From: a virus
Lineage: Duplodnaviria; Caudoviricetes
Reading direction: 5' to 3' (one strand)
Virus record (IMG/VR): IMGVR_UViG_3300032300_000344
Span: 1-36,494 of that record
Length of the DNA: 36,494 nt
This document shows positions 7,566-16,999 of this stretch, in pieces (positions within the stretch are counted from its first letter, which is position 1; each line of letters begins with the position of its first letter). Below the pieces are notes generated by a model. That model saw only the letters and a program-made list of their open reading frames with translations. It did not search any database and was not told the DNA's origin. Both the position numbers and the translations under genes were made by a program.

Positions 7566-8216
7566 ATGACGTACAACGAACTCGTCACTGCGGTTCAGGA
7601 CTACTGTGAGAACACGTTTCTTACGGTAGACATGAACACGTTCATCAGGCAGGCCGAGCAGCGCATCTACAACACTGTTCAGATCGCCAACCTGCGAAAA
7701 AACATGACGGGCACGCTGTCCGCAAACAACAAATACTTGGCATGCCCGCCTGACTTTTTGTCAACTTATTCGCTGGCAGTGGTAGACGCAGATGGCAACT
7801 ACCAGTACCTGTTGAACAAGGATGTCAACTTTATCCGTGAAGCGTATCCCAACCCCTCGGACACGGGCTTGCCAAAGCACTACGCTATTTTTGGGCCCGC
7901 TTCAAATGCTGTAACAGAGTTGTCCTTTATTCTTGGCCCAACGCCAAGCACAAACTTCGCTGTTGAACTTCATTTCTACTATTACCCAGAATCCATCGTG
8001 ACGGCTGGAACCACTTGGCTGGGTGACAACTTTGACTCCGCTCTGCTTAACGGAACAATGGTCGAGGCCATTCGGTTCATGAAGGGTGAGCAGGATATGG
8101 TCAAGCTTTACCAAGACATGTACATCCAGTCTATTGGCCTGCTCAAGAACTTGGGCGACGGCAAGCAGCGGATGGACGCCTACCGTGATGGTCAAGTCAG
8201 GTTGCCAGTGTCATGA
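7566..8216 (+). CDS. Second adaptor-like / tail tubular protein
   Basis: 216 aa; MTYNELVTAVQDY...FIRQAEQRI helical start, GPTP beta region, helical end (DSALLNGTMVEA). Confidence 0.65.
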   Translation: MTYNELVTAVQDYCENTFLTVDMNTFIRQAEQRIYNTVQIANLRKNMTGTLSANNKYLACPPDFLSTYSLAVVDADGNYQYLLNKDVNFIREAYPNPSDTGLPKHYAIFGPASNAVTELSFILGPTPSTNFAVELHFYYYPESIVTAGTTWLGDNFDSALLNGTMVEAIRFMKGEQDMVKLYQDMYIQSIGLLKNLGDGKQRMDAYRDGQVRLPVS

Positions 8217-8626
8217 GTATTGTCCAAACACAAACCACCAGCTTCAAAGCGGAGCTGTATCAGGCCATACACAACCTGCTGACCGACACGTTGAAAATTG
8301 CGCTGTACAACGCCAGCGCCAATTTAAACGAAGCCACCACCGTGTATAGCTCAGCCAACGAGGTGTCTGGTGGTGGCTACACCGCCGGAGGCGTTACCTT
8401 AACCGGCGTGACGATTAATTCCGACGGTTACACGGCCTACGTCAACTTTAACAACGTGGCGTTTGGTGCAGCGGTGACGGCGCGATGCGCCCTGATTTAC
8501 AATGCCAGCAAGTTTAATAAGTCGATTGCCGTGCTGGATTTTGGGTCTGACAAGACTTCAACCAGTTTTACTATCACCATGCCAGCAAACACCGCGACAG
8601 CGGCGCTGATCCGATCCTCAAATTAA
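8213..8626 (+). CDS. Tail/fibre-associated structural protein
   Basis: ATGA overlap; LKIALY...GYTAGG...VLDFGSDK pattern typical of small tail fibre-base proteins. Confidence 0.6.
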   Translation: MSIVQTQTTSFKAELYQAIHNLLTDTLKIALYNASANLNEATTVYSSANEVSGGGYTAGGVTLTGVTINSDGYTAYVNFNNVAFGAAVTARCALIYNASKFNKSIAVLDFGSDKTSTSFTITMPANTATAALIRSSN

Positions 8627-8635
8627 GGAGCCATC

Positions 8636-9229
8636 ATGTCCATTGAAAAAACCAAATCCACCGACACCGTGTCCAGCGGCCTGATTGCTGGTGCAAAACC
8701 CGAAGAGCAGATGACCGCCTTGGGCTACTTCACCATCCAGTGCTTTGACAAAAATGGCAAGTTGAAGTGGGAAGACGCCAATCACAACTTGGTGGTCAAC
8801 ACCGGGTTGCAGTACATGTGCGGCACTGCCCTGACCAACGTGACGCAGGTAACCTCTTGGTTTGTGGGCTTGATTACAGGTCCCAGTTCTGGCACCACAA
8901 TTGCTGCTGGCGATACCATGGCTTCGCATGCCGGTTGGACTGAAGCCGTGCCCTACAGCAACGCTACGCGCCCTGCTTGCACGTTTGCTACTGCCACTAC
9001 GAACAACCCTTCGGTTGCGACCAATTCGGTTTCCCCGGCCTCGTTTAGCATCAATGCCACCGCCACCGTGGCCGGTGCGTTTTTGTCTAACGGCAGCGCC
9101 AAAAGCCCAAATGCCGGACACAACACGGGCACGCTGTTCTCCGCTGCGGATTTCTCCGCTCCCGGCGACCGCTCGGTGGCTTCTGGTGACACATTGAACG
9201 TAACGTACACGCTCAGCTTGGCAGGTTGA
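8636..9229 (+). CDS. Tail/fibre-associated structural protein
   Basis: TAAGGAG RBS; HNLVVNTG near the start and GDTLNVTY at the end; Thr/Ala/Ser-rich. Confidence 0.65.
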   Translation: MSIEKTKSTDTVSSGLIAGAKPEEQMTALGYFTIQCFDKNGKLKWEDANHNLVVNTGLQYMCGTALTNVTQVTSWFVGLITGPSSGTTIAAGDTMASHAGWTEAVPYSNATRPACTFATATTNNPSVATNSVSPASFSINATATVAGAFLSNGSAKSPNAGHNTGTLFSAADFSAPGDRSVASGDTLNVTYTLSLAG

Positions 9230-9230
9230 T

Positions 9231-9512
9231 ATGTGGTCGGTGGCCCCCACCACAAGGTACGTCTACAACGGCGTCAACTCAGCAATCTATGTGGCCGACA
9301 CAGGCCAAGGATTGCCTCGTCACGAGCATACCTTTGCCCACACCACGGTCTGCATTCAAGGCCGCATGGTTGTCCGCAAAGAGGGTAAAGAGCTTGAGTT
9401 GACTCCAGCAGATTCGCCTTTGCTTCTGACAGCAAACGAGTGGCATGAAATTGAGGCATTACAGCCAAACACGATTTTTATGAATCAGTCCTCTATGGGC
9501 GAGGTGGTCTGA
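9231..9512 (+). CDS. Cupin-fold protein
   Basis: Cupin motif 1 (LPRHEHTFAHTTVCIQG) and motif 2 (ANEWHEIEAL). Confidence 0.75.
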   Translation: MWSVAPTTRYVYNGVNSAIYVADTGQGLPRHEHTFAHTTVCIQGRMVVRKEGKELELTPADSPLLLTANEWHEIEALQPNTIFMNQSSMGEVV

Positions 9513-9700
9513 TGGCTATCATTGCTGTTGTACGCGCTTCAGACAACGAGTTGGTTGAAACTATTGTGGCAAGCATGGGCGACTACTGCCCCGAGGGTTT
9601 TTATTTTGTTGAGCTACCCCCTGACCACACATGGCATCAAGGACGGATTGTTGACAAAATGGCATTGCTGACAGGCAACAAAGGCTTGGTGGAGTTCTAA
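9512..9700 (+). CDS. Small protein, possible tail fibre assembly chaperone
   Basis: GAGGTGG RBS and TGATG coupling; directly precedes the fibre gene. Confidence 0.55.
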   Translation: MAIIAVVRASDNELVETIVASMGDYCPEGFYFVELPPDHTWHQGRIVDKMALLTGNKGLVEF

Positions 9701-12700
9701 TGCCAATCATTGTTCTTACATCAGGAACGCAGTGGTTTGTTCCACCCGATTGCCAAACAGCCACCATTGAAGCTATTGGCGCTGGCGTAGGCGCTACATT
9801 AAATAGCCACGGCGGTTCTTACGCTAAATCTACAGGGGTGACATTAACTCCCGGCTCTTACGTCAATATTAATATACCTGCTGGTGCCGCTGGAGGTACT
9901 ACGTGGCTTAACAAAGCTAATCAACCTAAATATACTCCTGCTAAAGTATATTGGTCAGGAACTCAATTTGTTGCGCTTGACCCCACGAACAACATTATTA
10001 CTAGCCCGGATGCAGTAGCTTGGACGCAAAAGCCGGGTGCTTTAACTTATTTGGGAATTTCTGCAGGTGGCGGGGCGTCGCCACCTGTAGTAACCGCAAA
10101 TAATGATTTAATTTTTGCGGCATCTTATGACCAACCAAGTGGTTCTATAAAAAGCACATACTCCATCAATGGCGGTACCACATGGAATGCCGGAACTACA
10201 TTTAGCTCAAACTTCGTTGTTACAGGTTTAAGTTTTTTGAACGGCGCATTTGTAATAATAGTTAGAACCAATACATCTGGGGTATACACGCAATACACAA
10301 GTTCAGACGCTATAACATGGACTCAAACCCAAACATATACTGAACCGTCAGGAACTTCTCCTTTTGTTTATTTTCCGGGCATAAACAGATCAATTTTTGC
10401 GAACAGCTTATATGCAAACGTAGGGCAGACGCGTATATCAGGATCACTTGCCGAACTCGTAGGTTCTTCTTCAACTTTGGGCGGTATTCAAACTTTAAGT
10501 AACCCAACAGGAGGAAGTCTACCAATTAACGGAATTGCCTATGGGAATGGCTTGTGGGTAATAACTACAAGCGATGGTTTTTGTAATAACGGAGCTATTT
10601 ATACAGCTACAAGCCCTACTGGTCCTTGGACGTTACGCACTTCTGGAACAAGTAATTATATTAGCAGTATTGTTTTTGACGGCACAAAATTTATTGTGTC
10701 TGAAGCAAAGCGCGTACTAACAAGTACAAATGGTATAACTTGGACTATATACAATTTGCCTTTTAATAACAGTAGTTTCCAGTCTACACCAAATTTAGTT
10801 GTTTCTGGCTCTGCAACTTATGCGTGTTCATCTAATGAAGGTATTGCAAAAACTACAGACAACGGAACCACTTGGACAAAAATCCTCTCGGGGACTGGTG
10901 CTCCGGTTGTATCTACCAATGGAGTGACCGCTGCAGGCGGCGCTATAACCCCAACAAGCCAACAAGCAAATAGCGTTTTTACCGCTGAAGCAGGTAATTT
11001 TTTCCAAGGCGGGACTTCTGGTAACGGCGACACTGGTTGTTGCGGCATTATTATTGTAAGTGCTGGCGGCGGCGGCGCGGGGCCAGATGGAAAAGGCGGG
11101 AATGGCGGCAACTACGCGGCCGTTGGCGCTGGAGGTGGTGGTGCTGCTAACTACGGCACTGCTAACACCAACGGGAATGGACAAAATGGCTCCAATGCCC
11201 CTTTTAAAGCTGGTGATGGTGGTATTAGTCGAACCGGAAACCCCGGTGGTGTTGGATTTGTATTTAACGGAACACCTCAAAGCGGAGGAAGCGGCACAAA
11301 CGGCTCTGGCGGCGGCGGCGCTACCGCAGACGGAGTAGGTAGCGCAGGTAATGGCGGCGCTGGAAGTGTAGAGCCTGTTTGGACTGATTTTTCTGGCGCT
11401 ACTCACGGCCCCGGCTCTGGTGGCGGGGGGTCGTACTATACCCTTAGCAATGCGGGTCTTGCAGGTGGCCCCGGTGGTGGCGGTCGTGGCACATTCGGCC
11501 AAGGCATTATTGTCATTACCTATACTTCAGCACCAGTCAGCGGAAGATACATACAGGTTCTTACATCTTCACAGACCGTTTACGTTTCACCGGGGACAAC
11601 CACGATTGATTCTGAAGCCATTGGCCCCGGTTCTAACGGCGGTGTTGGCAATCAAAACGGTGGCGGTGGTGGCGCATATGCAAAATCAAGCGCAATAACA
11701 GGATTTACTCTTGGTGGTCCCGCTTTTGCAAACGTACCTGCGGCCAGCGCATATGGATCGACTGCCAATAGCTGGTTTAATTTTGTTTCAAACTCTCAGC
11801 CGATAAGCTCATCGCAGGGTGTTCTGGCGATAGGCGCAAATAGTGCTACTGGGGGAGGCGCAGGTTCATTAGGTTCTATTGTGGCTTACAACGGAGGTAA
11901 CGGCGGCAATTCTGTTCCCGGAACCCGTCAAAAAGGCGGGGGCGGCGGCGCAGCCGCAGGGCCATTGGGTATTGGTTTTTCTGGTGGTAATGGCAGAAAT
12001 AACTCAGGCACTGGTGGCGGCGGCGGTGGCGGAGGCACAAGCGGCTCACCTGCAGCTGCTGGTGTAATAGGTGGAACAAGTAACGGCGGTGCCGGGGGCC
12101 AATCCTCAGGCGTTCCTTCCCCCGTACCTCCCGGCCCTGCTGTTTCCTCTGCTGTTGGCGGCGCTGGAGGCACTACTTCGGCTAATGCTGGTAACGGCAC
12201 AAACGGCTCTGGTGGCGGTGGCGGTGGTCCAGCGGCCCCAGCAACAGGTTTTGGACGAGGCGGTAACGGCAGCACTCTGCCTTACTGGACACTTGGCGGC
12301 GTAGTTTATGGCCCCGGTTCAGGTGGTGGTGGTGGTGGTCAGGGGGGAACAACAACACTAATCAACCCCGGTGGCAACGCAGGCACATACGGCGGCGGCG
12401 GTGGCGCAACAGGGCAATTTCCTTCCGCAACCACAGGCGGGGGCTTAGGCGGTCAAGGTCTTGTTGTTCTTACCTACACTGTGGTTGCGAGCGGCACAAC
12501 ATTCACAGGCACAGTCTCTGAAACAGCCACAGGCACTGACACTATCTCCGCTGCTTTTGGCAGTTCTGTGTATGCGGTCACCATCACCGAAACCGCCACG
12601 GGCACGGACGCAGTTAGCGGCGGCGGCACTTTCTTCACGTCTATTATAGAGTCCGTCACGGCCACGGACAGTTTTGCGGTAATTATCAGGCTTGATGCGG

Positions 12701-13302
12701 CCACGGCAGAAACAGCTACGGCAACTGATATTGCCGAAGCTGTTGTACTCACAATCGTAACTGCGTCCGTAAACGAACAAGTCTCCGCAGTTGACGTTGT
12801 GGTTGTTGCGCCGTCCACACTTAACGTATCCGTTGCTGAAGTTGCCACGGCGTTAGAGTCTTTGGCGTCTGGCGATACGTACAACGTGCAGTTTGTGGAC
12901 TCCACTACGGCTACAGATACCGCGCAACGTGTAGTCCTTTTTGTGGGTGCCATAGTTGAACAAGCCGCAGCATCGGACGTTGCGGAAGCTATTGTTGCCT
13001 TTACAACCCGAGTCCTTGAGACCACAGCCGCTACGGATGTGACGCTGGTGGCTCCTTCAACGTCCGTAGCACGGGTTTCCGAAGCCATAGTCGCGCTGGA
13101 TTCTTTAGGAACGCAAGTCTCATTCGATGCGCAGTTTGCCGACCTTGCCACAGTGTTTGATGCGGTGTCTAACGCAAACCTTTGGAATCTAATTGATGAC
13201 AGCCAGACTGCAAACTGGCAAAATGTGGCCAATACACAGACGCCAACGTGGACTGATGTTACCACTGGCCCCAATCCGGGCTGGACCGACGTAAACCAAT
13301 AA
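9700..13302 (+). CDS. Glycine-rich tail fibre / receptor-binding protein (1200 aa)
   Basis: Two Gly-rich modules, an inserted region with Asp-box-like repeats (SINGGTTW, STNGITW, TTDNGTTW), about 20-aa (V/I)xExxxxxD shaft repeats and a Trp-spaced C-terminus. Confidence 0.8.
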   Translation: MPIIVLTSGTQWFVPPDCQTATIEAIGAGVGATLNSHGGSYAKSTGVTLTPGSYVNINIPAGAAGGTTWLNKANQPKYTPAKVYWSGTQFVALDPTNNIITSPDAVAWTQKPGALTYLGISAGGGASPPVVTANNDLIFAASYDQPSGSIKSTYSINGGTTWNAGTTFSSNFVVTGLSFLNGAFVIIVRTNTSGVYTQYTSSDAITWTQTQTYTEPSGTSPFVYFPGINRSIFANSLYANVGQTRISGSLAELVGSSSTLGGIQTLSNPTGGSLPINGIAYGNGLWVITTSDGFCNNGAIYTATSPTGPWTLRTSGTSNYISSIVFDGTKFIVSEAKRVLTSTNGITWTIYNLPFNNSSFQSTPNLVVSGSATYACSSNEGIAKTTDNGTTWTKILSGTGAPVVSTNGVTAAGGAITPTSQQANSVFTAEAGNFFQGGTSGNGDTGCCGIIIVSAGGGGAGPDGKGGNGGNYAAVGAGGGGAANYGTANTNGNGQNGSNAPFKAGDGGISRTGNPGGVGFVFNGTPQSGGSGTNGSGGGGATADGVGSAGNGGAGSVEPVWTDFSGATHGPGSGGGGSYYTLSNAGLAGGPGGGGRGTFGQGIIVITYTSAPVSGRYIQVLTSSQTVYVSPGTTTIDSEAIGPGSNGGVGNQNGGGGGAYAKSSAITGFTLGGPAFANVPAASAYGSTANSWFNFVSNSQPISSSQGVLAIGANSATGGGAGSLGSIVAYNGGNGGNSVPGTRQKGGGGGAAAGPLGIGFSGGNGRNNSGTGGGGGGGGTSGSPAAAGVIGGTSNGGAGGQSSGVPSPVPPGPAVSSAVGGAGGTTSANAGNGTNGSGGGGGGPAAPATGFGRGGNGSTLPYWTLGGVVYGPGSGGGGGGQGGTTTLINPGGNAGTYGGGGGATGQFPSATTGGGLGGQGLVVLTYTVVASGTTFTGTVSETATGTDTISAAFGSSVYAVTITETATGTDAVSGGGTFFTSIIESVTATDSFAVIIRLDAATAETATATDIAEAVVLTIVTASVNEQVSAVDVVVVAPSTLNVSVAEVATALESLASGDTYNVQFVDSTTATDTAQRVVLFVGAIVEQAAASDVAEAIVAFTTRVLETTAATDVTLVAPSTSVARVSEAIVALDSLGTQVSFDAQFADLATVFDAVSNANLWNLIDDSQTANWQNVANTQTPTWTDVTTGPNPGWTDVNQ

Positions 13303-13311
13303 GGAAAATCT

Positions 13312-14193
13312 ATGCCAACCGCATTTACCTCCCTGCTTGGGCTGGCGCTACCAGTTCAAGGCGAAGAAACTGGCCAATGGGGCAATCTCGTCAATACGTC
13401 GATTACCAGTTTGGTGGACACGGCGGTTGCGGGCACCACCACAATCGTGACCGACATAGACGTAACTTTGACTTCGTCTACGGGTATTGCAGACCAAGCA
13501 CGAGCAGCCGTCATTTTGCTCACCGGGTCACGGGCTGCCCTTCGCACTGTAACGGCTCCAGCCCGCAGCAAGGTGTACGTGGTGATCAATGCCACAACAG
13601 GGGCTGCAACGCAATTTGTTGGGGCGGGCCCAACAACAGGGGTCACTATTCCAAACGGCGTCAAGGCGCTTGTGGCTTGGAACGGCTCCGACTTTGTAAT
13701 TGTTTCTGCCACAACCGTTGCACTGACCGACATTACGGGGCTGGGCACCGGCGTTTCCACGTTCCTTGGAACACCGAGCAGCGCAAATCTGGCTGCGGCC
13801 GTAACGGGCGAAACCGGAAGCGGTGCCTTGGTTTTTGGAACGGGCCCAACTCTTAGCAGCTGCACAATCTCTTCAGCTTTAAACCTTTCTGGCTTGGCAA
13901 ACGCCAGCGCTACGGGGGCAATTACCTTAACACTCACTGTAGATACACGCCTAACACTTGTCGGTAATGTAACTCTTACAGCACCCTCTCCAACCGGCAG
14001 CACGGCTTTGATGTATATCCGAATCAAGCAGGACGCAACCGGCGGCAGGACGGTTTCTTGGTCTGGGGTTTTGTGGCCCGGTGGAACGGCTCCGACCATG
14101 TCGTCTGGAGCAAATAAATCGGACCTTTACCTGTTGTACAAGGACGTAGCCTCTAACACATGGCTTGGCTCCGTCCTTGGCCAAAATTATTGA
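13312..14193 (+). CDS. Tail fibre/spike structural protein (293 aa)
   Basis: TAAGGA RBS; N-terminal LGLALPVQGE..GQWG anchor-type motif; C-terminal IKQDATGGRTVSW..WPGGTAPT domain common in fibre tips. Confidence 0.7.
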   Translation: MPTAFTSLLGLALPVQGEETGQWGNLVNTSITSLVDTAVAGTTTIVTDIDVTLTSSTGIADQARAAVILLTGSRAALRTVTAPARSKVYVVINATTGAATQFVGAGPTTGVTIPNGVKALVAWNGSDFVIVSATTVALTDITGLGTGVSTFLGTPSSANLAAAVTGETGSGALVFGTGPTLSSCTISSALNLSGLANASATGAITLTLTVDTRLTLVGNVTLTAPSPTGSTALMYIRIKQDATGGRTVSWSGVLWPGGTAPTMSSGANKSDLYLLYKDVASNTWLGSVLGQNY

Positions 14194-14216
14194 TTTGTAA
14201 ACAAAAGGAGTTAAAC

Positions 14217-14384
14217 ATGAAAGCATATATTCTTGACCGAGCCAAAGAGCCATCCACATGGCGCGGCGTCATCTTGTTGCTGACGGCAATTGGAGTTCCG
14301 GTTGCCCCTGCCATTGCGGAAGCCATCATCTCTGTCGGCCTTGCGCTGGCTGGCGCTGTTGGCGTGTTCACCGCTGACAAATGA
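14217..14384 (+). CDS. Putative holin (55 aa)
   Basis: AAGGAG RBS at 14205-14210; KEPSTWRG then two hydrophobic segments; overlaps the endolysin start. Confidence 0.65.
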   Translation: MKAYILDRAKEPSTWRGVILLLTAIGVPVAPAIAEAIISVGLALAGAVGVFTADK

Positions 14385-14893
14385 AATCGAATTTTGAACC
14401 TGCTCTGCAAGCCGTCCTTCACCACGAAGGCGGCTTTGTCAACCACCCAGATGATCCCGGAGGGATGACCAATCTTGGCGTCACCAAAGCGGTCTGGAGT
14501 GCGTGGGTTGGCCACGAGGTCGATGAGAAGGCTATGCGGGCTCTCACGCCCGAGAGAGTGGCTCTTTTGTACAAGGCCAAGTATTGGGACAAAATCAAAG
14601 GCGACGATTTACCTGACGGGGTGGACTACGCTGTTTTTGATGCTGCTGTAAACAGCGGTCCGGGTCGCGCTGCCAAATGGTTGCAAGCATGCGTTGGCGT
14701 TGAGCAGGATGGGGGTATTGGCCCCAAGACACTGGCTGCCGTAGCCAAGTTTGACCCCAAAGTTTTGGTTGAGGACTACGCCAAACGCCGTCTATCCTTC
14801 TTGATGGATTTGCCACATTGGGGTACATTTGGTAAGGGCTGGAGCCGCCGCGTGGCGGACGTGCAAACTACAGCCTCATCCATGACCGCGTGA
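14381..14893 (+). CDS. Endolysin, glycoside hydrolase family 108 with peptidoglycan-binding C-terminus
   Basis: HEGGFVNHPDDPGGMTNLGVT catalytic motif, FDAAVNSG, DGGIGPKT and FGKGWSRR. Confidence 0.92.
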   Translation: MKSNFEPALQAVLHHEGGFVNHPDDPGGMTNLGVTKAVWSAWVGHEVDEKAMRALTPERVALLYKAKYWDKIKGDDLPDGVDYAVFDAAVNSGPGRAAKWLQACVGVEQDGGIGPKTLAAVAKFDPKVLVEDYAKRRLSFLMDLPHWGTFGKGWSRRVADVQTTASSMTA

Positions 14894-14901
14894 GGTAAAC
14901 C

Positions 14902-16998
14902 GTGCCGCTCAAGAAACTTCTCCTCAAAGCCGGATGCAATCAAGAAAATACCCGATACACCAACGAAAACGGCTGGTGGTCAGGTGACAAGATTCGCTTT
15001 CGCCAAGGCACGCCTGAAAAAATTGGCGGGTGGGCTCGAATTTCGGGGGATACTTTTCTTGGTTTTTGTAGCTCGCTGTGGAGTTGGGTGACATTGGGCG
15101 GCGCAAACTTGCTGGGCGTCGGCACCAATTTGAAGTTTTACGTTTCGCTTGGAGGCGCGTACTACGACATCACGCCCATCCGTGAAACGGTTACGTTAAC
15201 CGGACCGTTTGCCGCAACCATTGGCTCATCCATCATCACGGTTACCGATGCGGCGCACGGGTGCATTACTGGAGATTTTGTTACCTTCAGCGGAGCTACA
15301 GGGCTTGGCGGCACCGTGACGGCAGCAGTGCTCAATGCGCAGTACCAAGTTACCGTGGTGAACGCAAACAGCTACACAATCACTGTTGCTGTTACTGCCA
15401 ACGGCTTTGACTCGGGCAACGGCGGCACCGTAACGGCGGCGTATCAAATCAATACCGCTCCGTCAACGGTAGGCTCTATTACCGGCTGGGGCGCAGGCGG
15501 GTGGGGGCTTGGGTCTTGGGGGATCGGCGGAACCTCAACTACGGCTATCCGGCAGTGGAGCCAAAACAACTTTGGCGAGGACTTGATATTTGGCCCCGTC
15601 GGCGGCGGGATTTATTACTGGACCAACGCAGGCGGCGTAGGGACTCGCGCAGTGCTGGCCTCCAGCCTTGGCGGAGCCGTCACATTTACAAGCGCAAGCC
15701 CCACGTTGGTCACGGCCACCCGTTCTTTTACTGCCGGTACGCCCGTGCAGTTCAACACAACCACCTCGCTGCCAACAGGCGTAACCGCTGGTACGACATA
15801 CTACGTAACAAGCCCAAGCGGCTTGACGTTTAACATAGCGGACAGCTCGGGCACGCTAATTAACACCGCTTCGACCGGGTCAAGTGTTTACATTTCGCAA
15901 CTCGTAGATGTCCCCATAGTCCAAAACCACCTGCTCGTGTCAGACGCCTCTCGGTTTGTGTTTGCGTTTGGGGCGAACGATTACGGCTCCAACGTACAAA
16001 ACCCCATGCTGCTGCGCTGGTCGGATCAGGAATCCGTGACCGACTGGACACCGGCAGCCACCAACCAAGCGGGCAGCTTGCTGCTGTCACACGGCTCAAA
16101 AATTGTCACCGCGCTACAGGCCCGGCAAGAGGTGCTGGTATTCACGGATTCGTCTTTGTACTCTTTGCAGTATCTGGGCGCTCCGGCTGTTTGGGGTTCC
16201 CAGTTGTTGGGCGACAACCTATCCATCGTGGGGTTAAATGGCGCAACTGTTGCCTCTGGCGTTATTTACTGGATGGGCGTGGACAAGTTCTACAAATACG
16301 ACGGCCGCGTTCAAACGCTGCGTTGCGATTTGCGCCAATACATCTACAACGACATCAACCTGACGCAGTCTGATCAGTTCTTTGCTGGCACCAACGAAGG
16401 CTTCAACGAAGTCTGGTGGTTTTACTGCAGCGCCAACTCCATTGTTATTGACCGATACGTGGTGTTTAACTACACCGAAAACAATGGCGAAGGGGTTTGG
16501 TATTACGGCAATATAGCCCGCACGGCATGGCTTGACTCTGGGCTGTTAAATACCCCAATTGCTGCTACGTACGCAAACAATCTTGTGTTTCATGAGGTCG
16601 GGGTGGACGACAACATAACCGGCACGCCTCAGCCTATCTACGCGTACATCAGCTCGGCCGAGTTTGACATTGACGACGGCGACCACTTCGGTTTTGTGTG
16701 GCGCATGCTGCCGGACATTACGTTCCGTGGGTCTACGATTACCAGCCCGCAAGCCACCATGACGCTAACCCCAATGCAGAACTCAGGGTCTGGGTACAAC
16801 AACCCAACGTCCGTTGCGGGCAGCGACAACGCCCTTGTTACGCGCACAGCCACAGTGCCAATTGAGCAGTTTACGGGGCAGGTTTATGTCCGTGTGCGCG
16901 GACGCCAGATGATTTTGGAAATTGAGTCAAACCAGCTTGGCTGCACTTGGCAGCTGGGCTCCCCTCGAATTGACATCAGGCAGGACGGGAGACGTTGA
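14902..16998 (+). CDS. Head-closure/tail hub protein (P22 gp10 / tail tubular protein B-like)
   Basis: GAGGT RBS with GTG start; 698 aa; KIRFRQG.PEKIGGW start, LRWSDQE, propeller-like strands, end RVRGRQ...DGRR; position after lysis genes and before internal proteins. Confidence 0.7.
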   Translation: MPLKKLLLKAGCNQENTRYTNENGWWSGDKIRFRQGTPEKIGGWARISGDTFLGFCSSLWSWVTLGGANLLGVGTNLKFYVSLGGAYYDITPIRETVTLTGPFAATIGSSIITVTDAAHGCITGDFVTFSGATGLGGTVTAAVLNAQYQVTVVNANSYTITVAVTANGFDSGNGGTVTAAYQINTAPSTVGSITGWGAGGWGLGSWGIGGTSTTAIRQWSQNNFGEDLIFGPVGGGIYYWTNAGGVGTRAVLASSLGGAVTFTSASPTLVTATRSFTAGTPVQFNTTTSLPTGVTAGTTYYVTSPSGLTFNIADSSGTLINTASTGSSVYISQLVDVPIVQNHLLVSDASRFVFAFGANDYGSNVQNPMLLRWSDQESVTDWTPAATNQAGSLLLSHGSKIVTALQARQEVLVFTDSSLYSLQYLGAPAVWGSQLLGDNLSIVGLNGATVASGVIYWMGVDKFYKYDGRVQTLRCDLRQYIYNDINLTQSDQFFAGTNEGFNEVWWFYCSANSIVIDRYVVFNYTENNGEGVWYYGNIARTAWLDSGLLNTPIAATYANNLVFHEVGVDDNITGTPQPIYAYISSAEFDIDDGDHFGFVWRMLPDITFRGSTITSPQATMTLTPMQNSGSGYNNPTSVAGSDNALVTRTATVPIEQFTGQVYVRVRGRQMILEIESNQLGCTWQLGSPRIDIRQDGRR

Positions 16999-16999
16999 T

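Noticed and set aside
11040-12460. GG occurrences in the fibre and isolated hits (FRDGG in the 3291 gene, MYIGG in the 6024 gene) as part of the tag system
   Set aside because: Explained by overall glycine richness or chance; they lack the tandem arrangement and the x-[VIM] follow-up.
12474-14099. Minus-strand ORFs of 266 and 247 aa opposite the fibre genes
   Set aside because: Codon-register mirrors of Thr/Ala/Val-rich sense genes inside a tightly coupled plus-strand operon.
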